Below, piece by piece: positions 12,818-25,295 of a DNA stretch of 64,000 nucleotides (its first letter is position 1; every line of letters starts with the position of its first letter). The notes beneath the pieces were generated by a model. That model worked only from the letters and a program-made list of their open reading frames with translations, had not been told where the DNA came from and did no database searches. Origin of the DNA: Tubiluchus corallicola (lineage: Eukaryota; Animalia; Priapulida); the NCBI GenBank assembly GCA_030141605.1, contig JAQGDQ010000393.1, positions 62,001 to 126,000 on the forward strand, in the 5' to 3' direction. Both the position numbers and the translations under genes were made by a program.

Positions 12818-13300
12818 TCTTCTTCTTCTTCTTCTTCCTCTTCTGTTGCTCTAACATCTGTTGAGGACAATGAGTATAGAGAACTCCACTGTTTCCTATC
12901 TGCAGCTAAAATTTCCAAGTCCTGTGATGTTATTGTTAAGTTTGGTTTCAGCTGTTTCAAATCTGTATTAATTCTTTATATCCAAGTTCAAATTGTTTTT
13001 CGTTTGCCTGGAGGTCGTTTAGCAAGTTTCAGTGCCCTATTTAATGCTAATCTTACTGGTATTGTTTCTGGCAATCTCATTAAATGTCCTACCCATGTTA
13101 GCCTCCCTATTCTCATTTTAACGCTCCATAGATCGTCTTTGGTTCTGTTATACAGCTGCTCATTTGAAATAATGTATGGCCATTTTATTTTTAAGATTTT
13201 TCTGAGCAGACCTTTGTGGAACGCATATATTTGTTCCTGAGTTGCAGTCAAATCCAACATTTCACTGTTGTACATAAAGATACTAGTTACATATGCATTT
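12818..13300 (-). mobile_element. RTE-like LINE 3' end remnant with (AAG)n tail
   Basis: LRKILKIKWPYIISNEQLY..RLTWVGHLMRLPE..KRPPGKRKT..AADRKQW motifs, in-frame stop, short tandem-repeat tail at 12818-12843. Confidence 0.88.
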
Positions 13301-14212
13301 AAGGGTCGCGGTCTTTTCCTCTAGCAATCTATATTTAAGAAAATCTACTTGATGGCCACTTCATTTTTGGAAGTTTATGGAAAAATTATACCTCCTTCAC
13401 AGATCAAGTTTCCCACAGAAAACTTTCCTTCCTTTTCATCATCCACGTCTCCAAAGAATAGCTGGGTCACGGGTAGTAATATCTTGGTTGTATACGGGGA
13501 CTTGGATGTAGTAATCCCGCTTGTTTCCCAGCCCAAAGTAGAGTTTCCAGACTGACATTTACATGGAGGAGTATAGCAGGAAGATGCCCAGTAGTATTTA
13601 GTGGTTGGCGACCCTTGAGTGACGTACCAGGCATACTGAGTTCCGTTAGTCGAGTCCTGTGAACAGATTTAAAGCTAAACATCGTAAATAGGATTCAGGT
13701 CAGAATTACTGCTCTCAACAAACTAAGACCGCATAATTAGGCCACGGACAGACATGCAATTAAAAGTTGCATAATCTGTAAATAACTGAAGTCAAAAATA
13801 TGAGAAATCAATAACAGTTTGTTGAAGCAGTTGCAGCTCTCAGCAATCTTGGTGTTAATGGTATTTGTGTGTCGCTCACTGCTGCGGCTTCAAAACGCAT
13901 TGCACAGTGCTGACACCTAATTTTTTTAATTACCCACCAAAATACTTGTAATGCTTGCAAACTAACCCTGTTGCATTTTTATTAATTCAAAGGCATAGTA
14001 ATTCGAACGCCATAACCACCAAACCCGTTTGGTGCGTTTTATTTGCTTAAATAAATAATTAATGGTTCAAATTTAAAATGTACGAAGAAACATCTTGAGA
14101 AAGTTATTGTAGAGAAGTAACTGGAAACAGAAACATTCAACACGCTTTCAGTTAACAGGGACATTAGACGGAATCTCTGCCACTGTATTTACACGACCAC
14201 TCTGCCCCTGAC

Positions 14213-14812
14213 CTTGGAATACGAATTTTCCAGTGTAATTGTATTGCACAGAAGAAAAACTTTGACGTCATCTGTGGCAGGTACACAAGAAGTTTTCTAA
14301 ATCGTCCAGGGCTAACTGAAACTGAGACTAACGCAGGTTGGTGTACGAACAGGTGCATATCTATCGTATGGGCGTGTACTGATGAAAGGACTTGCAGAAA
14401 CCATAGCACGGATGATGTCTTTAATGGAGCTATGCTGATAACAGTTTACTGTGTTCATGAATGAGCGACGCGTTAAAGCTTAATTCACGAGTCACTTGCC
14501 TTAGCGAAAGCATAGTCCTGTATTGCGAAGAATTCCACACTTCTGATTAGCTAAAATCCGAGATACAATTTTGCAGTAGAAACCATTTTAGCTGGTTAAA
14601 CGTATAAACATGAACAGCGACTCTATTGATATATGTATCTGCGTTGAGGCATGTCTCATGTATTAGTTTTTTAATGGTCAAGGGTGCATGAAGGGATATA
14701 ACAGTAATCCAGGCGTACCATTGGTCAAAATATTTGAACGCAGTACTCTTCCACTCGATCTACTGTAAGCTGAGGAACTACATTTAGTGAATTTAGTGGA
14801 GTCATCAAATTA
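14213..14812 (-). pseudogene. Two decayed exons (14812-14719 and about 14429-14213) completing the Caspr-type fibrinogen-like domain
   Basis: First has good splice sites but starts with TAA in phase 0; second retains PCYGFC..ICTC..YTGKFVFQ(G)|gtcagg with several stops. Homology judged by eye. Confidence 0.45.
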
Positions 14813-14900
14813 CTGTAGGTAAATGATAGTTTTACTATTTCATGTATTTAACATGTATAGGACTAGCTCTTAGTGAAAATCATAGACATAATGAGCTTAC

Positions 14901-15044
14901 ACGTAATCGTGAGCCATTGTTACAGCTGTACTTAAGAACCTGCCAACAGACTTGAGATATTGTTGTGAGAGCTTTGATTTGTTCCATGGAGACGCTGTAC
15001 TCTACTGTCCAGTTTAAACAACCAGGATCAGCGCATCCCTGAAC
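14901..15044 (-). CDS. Exon 3, Caspr/neurexin-IV-type fibrinogen-like domain
   Basis: gcacag| and |gtaagc, 144 nt; VQGCADPGCLNWTVEYSVSMEQIKALTTISQVCWQVLKYSCNNGSRLR fits the Y..S.EQ..A....S..C.Q...Y.C..SRL pattern. Confidence 0.85.
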
Positions 15045-15200
15045 CTGTGCATAAAATTTAGCATATATAGAAATAGAAAAACAGCTTGCGCTGCACAAAT
15101 AAATGCAATTATTATTCTAGTTACCTATAAATTATCTACACTCAGTTAACATTCATATTTTCTCATCAGAAGTATTCAACAAAACATTTATATTGTTCAT

Positions 15201-15583
15201 AATAAGCTTTTTCATAGTTTCGTAGTGCGCATGCGCAGTTGCTGTAGGTCAAAGGTTAAGTGTACCACAGCAACGCGTCTTAACTACAATCGTCACGTGA
15301 TATATGGGTAACGCAAATCATTGGTTCAGCACTTCAGTTGTTTTACGTGGACTTTACTTAATAATTATGCATTAGTTTGTGTGTAGAGTGATTTACTAGC
15401 AGGATCTTGCTTGTGAACAAGAAAAAATGAGGTAAGGTTCTAGATAGCTGTTAAAACTGTTAGTATTACAATAGCATGGGCTGCGAGACGTTGTCAAGTG
15501 TACACAAATGTTTTGCCTGGTACACTTAACCTTTGACCTTTTAACGATCATCATCAATCGCTTGAACTGTGAAAAGGCTTATT
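15201..15583. mobile_element. MITE with TIRs and internal inverted repeat, copy 1
   Basis: aataagctttttcatagtt ... aactgtgaaaaggcttatt; internal aaggttaagtgtacca/tggtacacttaacctt; second copy 26533-26893. Confidence 0.85.
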
Positions 15584-15828
15584 GTACTTGAATGTAGTGT
15601 TCGCGCATTATTGATAACAATCCCGTTTATGCGTAAAATGTTTATGCAGAACTTCCAATTATGCCAACGCTCACGAATTATGTATTCTTATTTGAAAGCC
15701 CATTAGCAGATACAGGATGAACGCACGTACATATATCGGAGAGCTATCACAATTAGTCTAACGGCTAATTAGTTGAAACAGGTATTGTAGGTTTTGATAA
15801 TTATCGATTTCTCGCCTGTCGTATCGAA

Positions 15829-16494
15829 AGCAAAAAGTATCGCGCCAAAATCGCAGATCCCTGTAAACCCGTGCTATACTTGTATTTACTTTTAAACTTA
15901 CACTTCTTTTCTGATTAACGTTCTAACTAGCTCTACTTTTGAGAAAAATAAATTGCAAAATTCAATCCTACAGAGAGAAACTAATTATTCGACTAAGTTT
16001 GTTTTTGATTTAACAAGCTTTTTGTCACTCATGCAAAATCGAATTTCTAGAAAAAATATCTCGATTTGTGCCGAATTTAAAAATGCATTGCATTGTGTGC
16101 AGAAGAATTCTAGTATCGATATGGTATCCACGGGAAAAGGTATCGTATCAATTAACAACATTAGCAAAAAGTATCGCGCCAAAATCGCAGATCCCTGTAA
16201 ACCCGTGCTATACTTGTATTTACTTTTAAACTTACACTTCTTTTCTGATTAACGTTCTAACTAGCTCTACTTTTGAGAAAAATAAATTGCAAAATTCAAT
16301 CCTACAGAGAGAAACTAATTATTCGACTAAGTTTGTTTTTGATTTAACAAGCTTTTTGTCACTCATGCAAAATCGAATTTCTAGAAAAAATATCTCGATT
16401 TGTGCCGAATTTAAAAATGCATTGCATTGTGTGCAGAAGAATTCTAGTATCGATATGGTATCCACGGGAAAAGGTATCGTATCAATTAACAACA
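15829..16494. repeat. Near-identical 334-bp tandem duplication of a transposon-like end
   Basis: Units start at 15829 and 16163; ends gtatcgtatcaattaacaacacta, resembling a hAT-type terminus. Confidence 0.95.
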
Positions 16495-16610
16495 CTAGAA
16501 GGATGCAGTGAAAAACTGTGGACCAACCAGGATTCGAACCTGAGACTCCTGCTTACACTGCCTCCTGCACACACACGCGCGTTGTGATACTGCCCCTTTC
16601 CTCAACTTAC

Positions 16611-16774
16611 CACTGGTTTCTTTCCGGTTAAAGAATGTTTGACTTGTGTCCTGCCCTTTTCCACATCGCAACTGACTGAAAAGGGTTCGAGATCACCAGT
16701 TCCATCTGGGTCAATGATTGCGTCAAATTTTGTCTTATTGTCAATTGTGTTAGTTGTGTGAGCACAAGTCAAAG
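16611..16774 (-). CDS. Exon 2, Caspr-type fibrinogen-like domain N-terminus
   Basis: tttttttttag| and |gtaagt, phase 1-0; LTCAH..IIDPDGTGDLEPFSVSCD..TQVKH matches the IDPDGxGxxxPFxVxC motif. Confidence 0.88.
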
Positions 16775-16949
16775 CTAAAAAAAAACAGATGTTTCAGGTG
16801 TAAGAGCTGACAAAAACATTGAGTGATGGCTGTTAAGTTGTATTTAAAACTTATTAATGGAAAGAACAAGCTACTCAGCATGGTGGATTTATTTTACTGT
16901 TATTATTTAAACTTAGGAAAATATAACAAAGAAATTTGAAAAAACTGTC

Positions 16950-17125
16950 TATAAAGCATAAAGGTAATTTATACCGTGGCTGTACAGAAATTTTCTAATG
17001 GTGGCCGCAGTGGTGGCCGCCATTCACTTGAAAATTACGTCGTAAATGGTGGACTTCGTGACTTTTCGCAAGTGCAGTGTGACTTTGCGTAAGGATATGC
17101 GCTGCTTAAACAAATTCAAATATTT
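16950..17125 (+). repeat. Dispersed repeat, homologue at about 52655-52815
   Basis: Shared gcagtggt.gccgccattcacttgaaaatta..ggtggacttcgtga.ttttcgcaa. Confidence 0.75.
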
Positions 17126-18164
17126 GTAGCTTACGCAATGTTCACGCAGAAATATCACAAAAATAGCTATCTAATTTTTTGTGAAAGCTTTTTACTTATT
17201 ATGCTTTTGACAGCTTTTTTTCAGCCGATGAGTGACGTCATTGGTGGAAGAATGGGTTTTCAAAATGGGAGCGCCCAAACGTGAAATAATCGCGAATTTG
17301 ACGTGAATTTTGGTGTGCACTACAGATTTCTTTCTTCTTGCTGTAACGCCAAACTTTAGCTTTAACTTCAGCTGCTGTATGTATGATATTAATTAGCGAA
17401 AAAAACAGTGGTCACTTTGCCTGTTTAGTTACGAAGAAAAGCAACACAACACAGGAATTAGTTAATAACAAGATTCAAGACTGGTCAAAAAAGTTAGAAG
17501 TTTCGATGTTACTAAAACGAAATGCAATTCCTAGATAATCAAGCATGACGAATTGAACGGCAGTAATATCATGCTGTTCAGAACCTTAAGCTACGGACAC
17601 TTGTGAAAAAATGACAAGATCCCGATTTCACTGAAGCTTTTAAGATCAAGCACAACAGTTACTTACGTACATGATGTTAATCATTTTGAAAAACATGTTT
17701 TTTTAAAAAAACAGAAACTGTTACTTAAAGAATCTCCTGTCACAGAAGCAGAATCCTATCACAGTTTTTGACAGGGTTAAAAACGTTCACTAGTTGAATT
17801 TCAGTTTTATTTAATGTTTTTGTACAGCCTAATTTACAGGATTCAGTCTAGTATTACACGACTATAAACGATCTAAAACATCAACGTTTAAAAGCGAAAA
17901 AATACCTGATATTTACAAATCATTATTTTCTTACTTCAAATGGATTAATGTTCATAATTTTACTAACATCTAAATGTAGCGTGAATAATTTATTAGATTT
18001 AGATTTTTTTAGATTTAATATTTTATTTTAAACTTCACAAAGTTCATATACACATCACAAATTAATACAAATAATACAATAAATCATGAAACACAACAAT
18101 AACACAAATAACAAATAACGATATAACAAAGTACACCAATGACGTCTAATTACAGAAGTAAAGT

Positions 18165-18680
18165 TTACATCACTGTTTTAATGTTCTTGCATATAAAATT
18201 TTCACTCTTATTCAGCCTGACGTGTAAACTGTATGCACATTTTCTGTGAATAACATCAAAATGAATAATATTAAGTCTAGTAGAAATATATCTTGCGCTC
18301 GTATCATATGAATAGTTAAACAGCTTCCGTGTTGATACATTATATGCAACCTTGAGTTTGCTAAGATTGTAAGAATAAAAATGTCTCCAAGTGGACATAC
18401 AATAAAAAGTAGTGCAGTAAGCATTAAACAATTGTCTCTTCACGTTAACTGAACAGTGAGTAAATTTCATGAGTAATTTATTTGCTCTGCCATAGTAAAT
18501 TGAACATTGTCGTAATATATCTAAATCATCTCTATTGTCATCTGATAAAATATGACCCAGATATTTTTCCTTTTTACTAGGTACAAAACTTTTACACTGT
18601 AAAACAACAGACCCAAAAGTAAACTGCTGCATGTGGGCGGAGCGAAACGTGACAAGTTTAGTCTTATTCACATTTACAGA
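18165..18680 (-). mobile_element. 5'-truncated LINE (L2/CR1-group-like) RT C-terminal region in intron 1
   Basis: NVNKTK..KEKYLGHILSDD..DDLDILRQ..YGRAN..F..CSVNVKRQLFNAYC..FY..W..LKVAYN. Confidence 0.85.
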
Positions 18681-18968
18681 CTGATGTATTAAGAGACTGA
18701 TGTATTTCACTCACCAAGGCCATGTGAACTTAAGAAGCCATTAACTCAGTAAAACAGTATTAATGAACTAATTTTAATTTCTCTTTAGAAAATTAACCAA
18801 TAAAAATTTAAATTCAAAGGTTTTCTTATAATTTCACAAAAGTATCTTATGAAACGCTTAGTCATCGAGTGATCGAGAGGCATCCAAATTATTTACATGC
18901 GTATAACACCTGAAAAGATCCAGTTACAAATTTAAACAACTAACTTTTTATGATTGAAAATGACTTAC

Positions 18969-19032
18969 GATAAGTTTCTGATCTGACCGTCCCTGCAAAA
19001 CCAACGAAAACTGCAATCACCAGCAGCAGCAT
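18969..19032 (-). CDS. Exon 1 (signal peptide) of secreted Caspr-type fibrinogen-like protein
   Basis: aaaATG, MLLLVIAVFVGFAGTVRSETY, C|gtaagt phase-1 donor in frame with exon 16774. Confidence 0.8.
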
Positions 19033-19640
19033 TTTGGAGAGAATTTGCAAGAATTACTAGCAAAACACAGACTGTCTGAGTTTTAATGCTGTCCTGAATC
19101 GAAATATCGTTAAAAATGTAAATGCGACTCGCTTTGTTTATTTCTTATAAAGTGAGAATGCGGTACTAGGTTACCACACTCGATGCGTCATTAATAAGTT
19201 AATAAAACATCGATTTTGGCCGTAACTGAAAACCTGAAATTAAAACGGATTTGACGCAGGTGGACGGTTTGCTAGGGCAATCACTATTTACCTGTCAATC
19301 ACTGGACTACAATTGACTTAATTATTTATTCACAGACTTTGTTTATACGTTCTATAATTAGTAAATTCAAGATCTACGTGAATATAAGCAGTTATGTTAA
19401 GTTTATATTTATGTCTATTTATGCACAAGGTTTTCCAAATTTTCCAAAGAAATGAAAAATGATTTGTTCAGTAACTATTGACTACCTGTGTTTTCATGTT
19501 AATGTGTTTTGTGTTTTATGTGTTAATATATAATACATGTATGTAATGTACACCTTTGTCAACTATCTTTGTCAACAACGGTATTGTCGCTTATTATGTT
19601 TATTTTGATAAGCAGTTGTGTAATGCATGATGTATTCGTA

Positions 19641-19790
19641 ACCAGATGGTTTTGTCTAGTGGTAACGCGTTCGCTTTCCGCCTGGAAAGTCGTGAGTTCA
19701 ATACAGCGGCCGGGTAATACCAAAGATTTTAAAACTGGCACCTGCTGTTGCCCTGCCTGACGCGTGGTATTTAGGGTAAAAGTGGGGTAA
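19641..19790 (+). mobile_element. tRNA-derived SINE with Meta/MESC-like central domain
   Basis: A-box-like tgtctagtggtaa, B-box-like gagttcaatac, then ccgggtaataccaaagattttaaaactggcacctgctgttgccctgc; family assigned from memory. Confidence 0.75.
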
Positions 19791-19884
19791 TAATAGTCTC
19801 TGTTATGTAATTGTAGGTTGCTGTTTGCAGTCGGCCCAAAAGCCCTAGGTGGCGTAAAGGAAAACAGTTTCCAGGCAGTATCAT

Positions 19885-20060
19885 GTGTCACGCGTTTCGA
19901 CAGAGCTACTGCTGTCATCATCAGTGGTAAATTTTTACAAACATACAACCAGTTTATATAGCTAGAGCCTACAGTATAGAACATTATGCACTAATTGTGT
20001 ATTTAACAGAAGCCAAATAGGTAGTGAATAAACAGACCAGTAGAAAAGAAATTGATACAG
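19885..20060 (-). mobile_element. Penelope-like pseudo-LTR fragment with hammerhead core, copy 1
   Basis: Minus strand CUGAUGA-u-GACAG..CUGUC-GAAACGCGUG; reverse homologue of 27575-27735. Confidence 0.7.
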
Positions 20061-20660
20061 AGCGTCATGTGCTGCTAATATTACTAAAATTCTTTATTAA
20101 ATCCACAAAAAATATCGCGAACATGCAGACGTTTTCATTACGCTCTATTCACCTTCGAAACACAGGATGCTATGTGAATGAATGCGTCTTAATGTTCGTG
20201 TTGCTCTATGCCTACAAATATGTGCCTGTAACTTGGGCTCGTGCACGCCTTGGTGTCCATTACCTCGCCTTCCTCAACCCCAAAACCTCTGACAAAAAGA
20301 TATGGCGCGCAATTACAATCAAATTTACAAAAACGAAGTGCTCTTAAGTCTATCATTTAATATTACTTAACTGTTTCATACTTCAAATTGGATTATGTTT
20401 TAAGCAAACGATAAATTCAAAACGTATTCTCCGTTTCAATAAGTAAAAAGGCCATTACTGAAGTTGTCTTAATAACTGCTATGAATGCATGCGCGATGCA
20501 TGTAACTTTTTGCAGTTTATTCTACGTAATAAATAACAACACAATAATGTTCATTATTATAAATTTATTACAAATTTACATAAAACCAAGTTAGCGTCTT
20601 TACTTTTTTGTTCACGTTTACAGAATAAACATAACCGAAGATGGTGTTTTTTATTGTATT

Positions 20661-20759
20661 TTAGTCCTTGTAAATGTAAACAGAATCTGTGCTGGCAAGT
20701 TGATAACCATGATGCCTAATGCTGCAGCAAACAACAATCGTCAGTACAACACCTGCAAA
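20661..20759 (-). CDS. Tetraspanin B exon 8
   Basis: gctacag|; FAGVVLTIVVCCSIRHHGYQLASTDSVYIYKD*; 99 nt. Confidence 0.92.
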   Translation of the reverse strand, partial: FAGVVLTIVVCCSIRHHGYQLASTDSVYIYKD

Positions 20760-20771
20760 CTGTAGCAAATA

Positions 20772-21295
20772 AGAAATTATCACAAAATTGTAGTACAAGG
20801 TGTGGCCGAATGGTAGACCCCCTAGATTTAGAAATTATCACAAAGTTGTAGTACAAGGTGTCACAGAATCATAGGCCCACTAGATTTAGAAATTATCACA
20901 AAGTTGTAGTACAAGGTGTCACAGAATAATAGACCCCCTAGATTTAGAAATTATCACGAAATTGTAGTACAAGGTGTCACAGAATGATAGACCCCCTAGA
21001 TTTAGAAATTATCACAAAGTTGTAGTACAAGGTGTCACAGAATAATAGATCCCCTAAATTTAGAATTATCACAAAATTGTAGTACAAGGTGTCACAGAAT
21101 GATAGACCCCTTAGATTTAGAAATTATCACGAAATTGTAGTACAAGGTGTCACAGAATGATAGACCCCCTAGATTTAGAGATTATCACAAAATTGTAGCA
21201 CATAGTGTCACAGAAAGATAGACCCCCTAGATTTAGAAATTATCACAAAATTGTAGTACAAGGTGTCACAGAATGACAGACCCGCCATTATCACA
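20772..21295. repeat. 58-bp minisatellite, about 9 copies
   Basis: gaaattatcacaaa.ttgtagtacaaggtgtcacagaatgatagaccccctagattta at 20773, 20831, 20889, 20947 and on; no spacers. Confidence 0.95.
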
Positions 21296-21341
21296 AGCAG
21301 AAGTTTATCGAATGCCTGGAAGATATTGAAAAAGCTGATAA

Positions 21342-21634
21342 ATATAAATATGAATATGAATATGAATATGAACATGAATATGAATATGAATATGAATATG
21401 AATATGAATATGAATATGAATATGAATATGAATATGAATATGAATATGAATATGAATATGAATACGAATACGAATACGAATACGAATACGAATACGAATA
21501 CGAATACGAATACGAATACGAATACGAATACGAATACGAATACGAATACGAATACGAATACGAATACGAATACGAATACGAATACGAATACGAATACGAA
21601 TACGAATACAAATATAAATATAAATATAAATATA
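21342..21634. repeat. (ATGAAT)n/(ACGAAT)n hexanucleotide repeat
   Basis: Directly visible. Confidence 0.97.
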
Positions 21635-21933
21635 ATGTCGTCAATTAGTAACTTGTGGCCTTGTGCACGAAAATGTACTGTTATTACTCATGACTGTTTG
21701 TGTAGTAGAACTATACGTGCCATACAGTTAGATAAAGCGCATGCGCAAGAAAGATGGCTATCTTACATATAGAACAATACTACGAGCGTGTGGCACTCAA
21801 GGCTGGCATGCTGTTGGGCGATAGTAGCTGTTTGCTACTTGCCAACATTTATTTTCAATGGCGTTTTGCATATTTTCTCTGAGGACGCACCATCTGATAC
21901 ATGCAAGCATCGAATGTGTTAATATAGTCCTAC

Positions 21934-22017
21934 CTGAAGTACTATCAGGCTTGTCCCAATGCTAACAATTGGTAGTTGTAATTTCCGGAAGAACTCCAGT
22001 AGCTTCTTATTACAACC
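21934..22017 (-). CDS. Tetraspanin B exon 7
   Basis: ttttag| and |gtagga; GCNKKLLEFFRKLQLPIVSIGTSLIVLQ; 84 nt. Confidence 0.92.
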
Positions 22018-22099
22018 CTAAAATTAAGGGTTTTTTTGAAAAAATGTTGTATTTGAAAATTTAAGAAAACCTAAGTGTAAAAACATTTATTAAAAGCAT

Positions 22100-22558
22100 A
22101 GAAAGACTGAATTTGTAGAGAGCTTGAAGTATATTAGACTGAAGTTAGTGCAGACTGTTGTAGACTGGTTTACTCTGGTGGTTGAAATAAAGAATATGAA
22201 ATTGTGTTGAATTGTGAAAGACTTTATTTCTATATACATCTTACACTATTTTTTACAGGAAAGAAGACACAATGGTGAACATTCAACAGCAAAGCTCAAG
22301 AAGGGAAAAAAGCATAGGGTGGCCTTGGCAGAGCTACTCAAGTCACATGTCCCCACTGAGCTCACCTGCTTGGCTAGTGAAACACATTGGCAGTCAACAC
22401 TACCATATATGGGAAGCCCAGTACGTACAGGTGACTGAGCAGCATTGACACATCTTGGAAACAACTTGAGTCTGTTCAATAATAAATAATTTTAAATGTA
22501 GGTGGCAGCACATATTAAATTATTGTTGTAGTATTTTAACTTAAGAATCGCAAATGAA
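22100..22558 (+). repeat. Dispersed repeat with exon-like coding remnant, copy 1 (homologue about 37705-38155)
   Basis: Colinear similarity including tttacag|gaaag, aataaa and taggtggcagcac. Confidence 0.85.
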
Positions 22559-23567
22559 AACGGGAAGAGATAGGAGCCTAAGAAAAGGGCATTTAGAACC
22601 CAACGCCCTCTGTCTATTAATATAAATTTTGCTGTTGAACTAGTATAATTTATTCGTGATGAATCTGTACTGTAGCAGGACGCCTCAAAATGCCAAAAGA
22701 ATTAGTTCGGGTGGCAATTAGCCAAGTGCAGCATTTCTAGTCTCAGCCTTTGACTAAACAACTAAGTCAGCACAATAGGTTATAAAATGTAATACTCTAC
22801 ATTATTCTTTCGTGTCACTAGTCTGTCCAATACGTTAATCTTATCTGCTAAATGAGCAACCGTAAAACAACTATACATCTTGTCTTTACCACTTGTTGAA
22901 GCTCAAAGTATAAGTATAAAGTAGATAGACATAGCCATCTTTATTGGTGTTGTGTTTTGTTTCTCTCACAAGGCTCGTAGAGAAAACCAGAAAACACTTC
23001 GTCAAATTAAACTAGTTTATTAAGCGAGAACAACACAAAAGTATGAAGGAACGCGAAATGATTACACTAAACGTGAAAATCTGGAAAACGTTTGAGTGTA
23101 TCTGAAAATACAGGTATACAAGAGAATGTATACCGTGTGAATCTGCATGTGTCCCCGTCTCAGCGGCCTGCTTCGCCTTATATAGCGTGCCCGAGAAGCT
23201 TCTAGAAGTTTCTTTCCAGAACATTCTACACGGTAAGACGATTATTCTAACGGAACATTCTACAATGTTCTATTTAATTCTAATAGATGTCAGCGATCTC
23301 CACAACAATTGGTCATATGTACTAATGGACTACACGCGATATATACGAAACTTGTCGTTTATGCTTTGCACAGATTAGCAAAAAGCAATTAGCATAACAA
23401 ATTCTGAACTGTAAATCAATTCAACTTTAGGTACAAATCTAAATGGTACAATCGAAAAAAAGCTTTAAAAATAAAAGAACATAATTGAGAGGTGTTTAAG
23501 GTTTAGTGTTTAGCTACGACGTACAAACTCTGCAAATGCTTCAAATGGAGTGTTAAAACGTGTGCAC

Positions 23568-23756
23568 CTCCAAGTAAATTTTCGGATCCTTGACTTTCCG
23601 GAAGTCGCCACAGTCGTGGTTCCACAATTGAAAACTTTTTTGTGTACAACATGATGAAGGCACTCTGCTGAAGGTAGTTTCCTCATTTAGCGGCTGCTGC
23701 ACTAACCAATAACTCTCTGCCCAATCGTCTAGGCTTTCACCACCACAGCAATGCTC
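23568..23756 (-). CDS. Tetraspanin B exon 6 (EC2: CCG, PSSCC)
   Basis: cccgcag| and |gtgcac; EHCCGGESLDDW..RVPSSCC..DCGDF..KIYLE; 189 nt. Confidence 0.93.
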
Positions 23757-23960
23757 CTGCGGGCATCACACAAAATTCTTAATGACGACATGGACCAGTA
23801 ATCACAATTTAATTATGTCCTACAATAGCGATAATAACAGTTAAAATATTATTAGCAGCAACAACAACCATACCAAAGCACACAAAAAATCTTCTTTCCT
23901 AATGCTGTCAATTTGTTTACTTCAGTGACAGGAAGTGTTGTTACAAGTTTAATTACTTAA

Positions 23961-24456
23961 AGCAAACTGGACCCAATCTTAAACTGTAGGTCAAAACAAT
24001 TTACTCTTTAAAATTTTTAAAGGAAACACTATTTTTTTCAAAAGTGACTTACGTGAAAGAATTATTATCACACAAACACAATTTCGCGTTCGAGACACTA
24101 GATCTTCACTGTTACATGCATTTTGCCATTCGCTAATTAGACGGCCACTAGCGCCTGCATTTTGGAAACGCATCGCACAAAAAAGCAGGCGCTGTAACTC
24201 TCAGTTCAGATGTGTTAGTTTGTGACGAACTGCACACGTTCAACAGCTCGTAGCACTGTGGTTCAATTTTCGCTTTCGCAAACGCATGTAACACGCTCGT
24301 GGATATTTTTCCGTTGAAAATTATGTTAGTTTGTGATGTCATCAATAGTTGGGCTCGCCCGCCATTACTTAAGTTTTTAATCTATTATTTAATTATCAAA
24401 AACGCTTTTGCAGTATTAATTATGTTAAAATGTCTACTTTTTAACAGACTTGAAAA
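23961..24456 (-). mobile_element. Kolobok/T2-like non-autonomous element, copy 3 (truncated)
   Basis: Reverse-complement homology to 6698-7305; ttaa|AGCAAAC start. Confidence 0.7.
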
Positions 24457-24576
24457 TGTATCTGCAACAAATTACAAAACAATTTCAAAAATGAAATATG
24501 CTGACACTAAAATACGCAGAACAAACTACTTATCCTACATAAGCAGCATAACTATATTACTTATAGTCGAACTTAC

Positions 24577-24675
24577 TTTGCTTTGAATATGGTTTATAGC
24601 TTTAGTAGGTTTAACATGTATACCGTATTCTCGCTTTATAGATTCCGGCAGTGACTGACTTACGTAGTGATTTAG
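24577..24675 (-). CDS. Tetraspanin B exon 5
   Basis: ttacag| and |gtaagt; LNHYVSQSLPESIKREYGIHVKPTKAINHIQSK; 99 nt. Confidence 0.92.
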
Positions 24676-25220
24676 CTGTAACATAATTACGTTATTTTAC
24701 TAGTTCTATTGCCTTTTAAAGTTTTAAGTAGTTTCTAATTAGATGTAGGAAAAAGATGAGCTGAGAGTACTACTAAATTGTTTCAATGATTCAAGTGCTT
24801 GTGTCGTATCAACTATGGCGGATACTAAAAATTTATTTGCTAAACTTTATAACTCTTTCCCAAAAAATAACAAATACGGCAAATAAGTACTAGCAAGATA
24901 ATACACGTACCCCCGGCGACAGGTAATAAACTCAAAGGGAAAAAGTCACAATCAATTTTGGCTAGGGAAAAGTAACAGAAAAAAACAATTTTGCCTCGGG
25001 TTAGGCTTACGGTTAGGATTTTTTTCTAACACGTTTCTCCAACCCATTTCCTTTTTCCCGTCACTTTTTTACCTGGATTCATCCATCCCATGCATTATAT
25101 TACTGTTATTTATAATTAACTGATTTATTACTACATTTCGTATTCGGAGACATTATAGCTACTTATTTTAGAAGAATTGGCAGCGATTTAATTTACTTTA
25201 ATTACATAAAAGTTACTAAC

Positions 25221-25295
25221 CTTCTCGCCATTTAACCAAACGTAAATTCCACCGCAAACTTCCATTGTTAACAAAGTGAGAAGGAGAACTAAAAA
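25221..25295 (-). CDS. Tetraspanin B exon 4 (TM3)
   Basis: ttttag| and |gttagt; FLVLLLTLLTMEVCGGIYVWLNGEK; 75 nt. Confidence 0.92.

Noticed and set aside
14168-14464. About 98-codon Cys-containing open frame on + strand
   Set aside because: No suitable start or splice context; overlaps the decayed minus-strand exon.
16521-16550. tRNA T-arm-like ggttcgaatcc on minus strand
   Set aside because: Only a B-box fragment; no cloverleaf.
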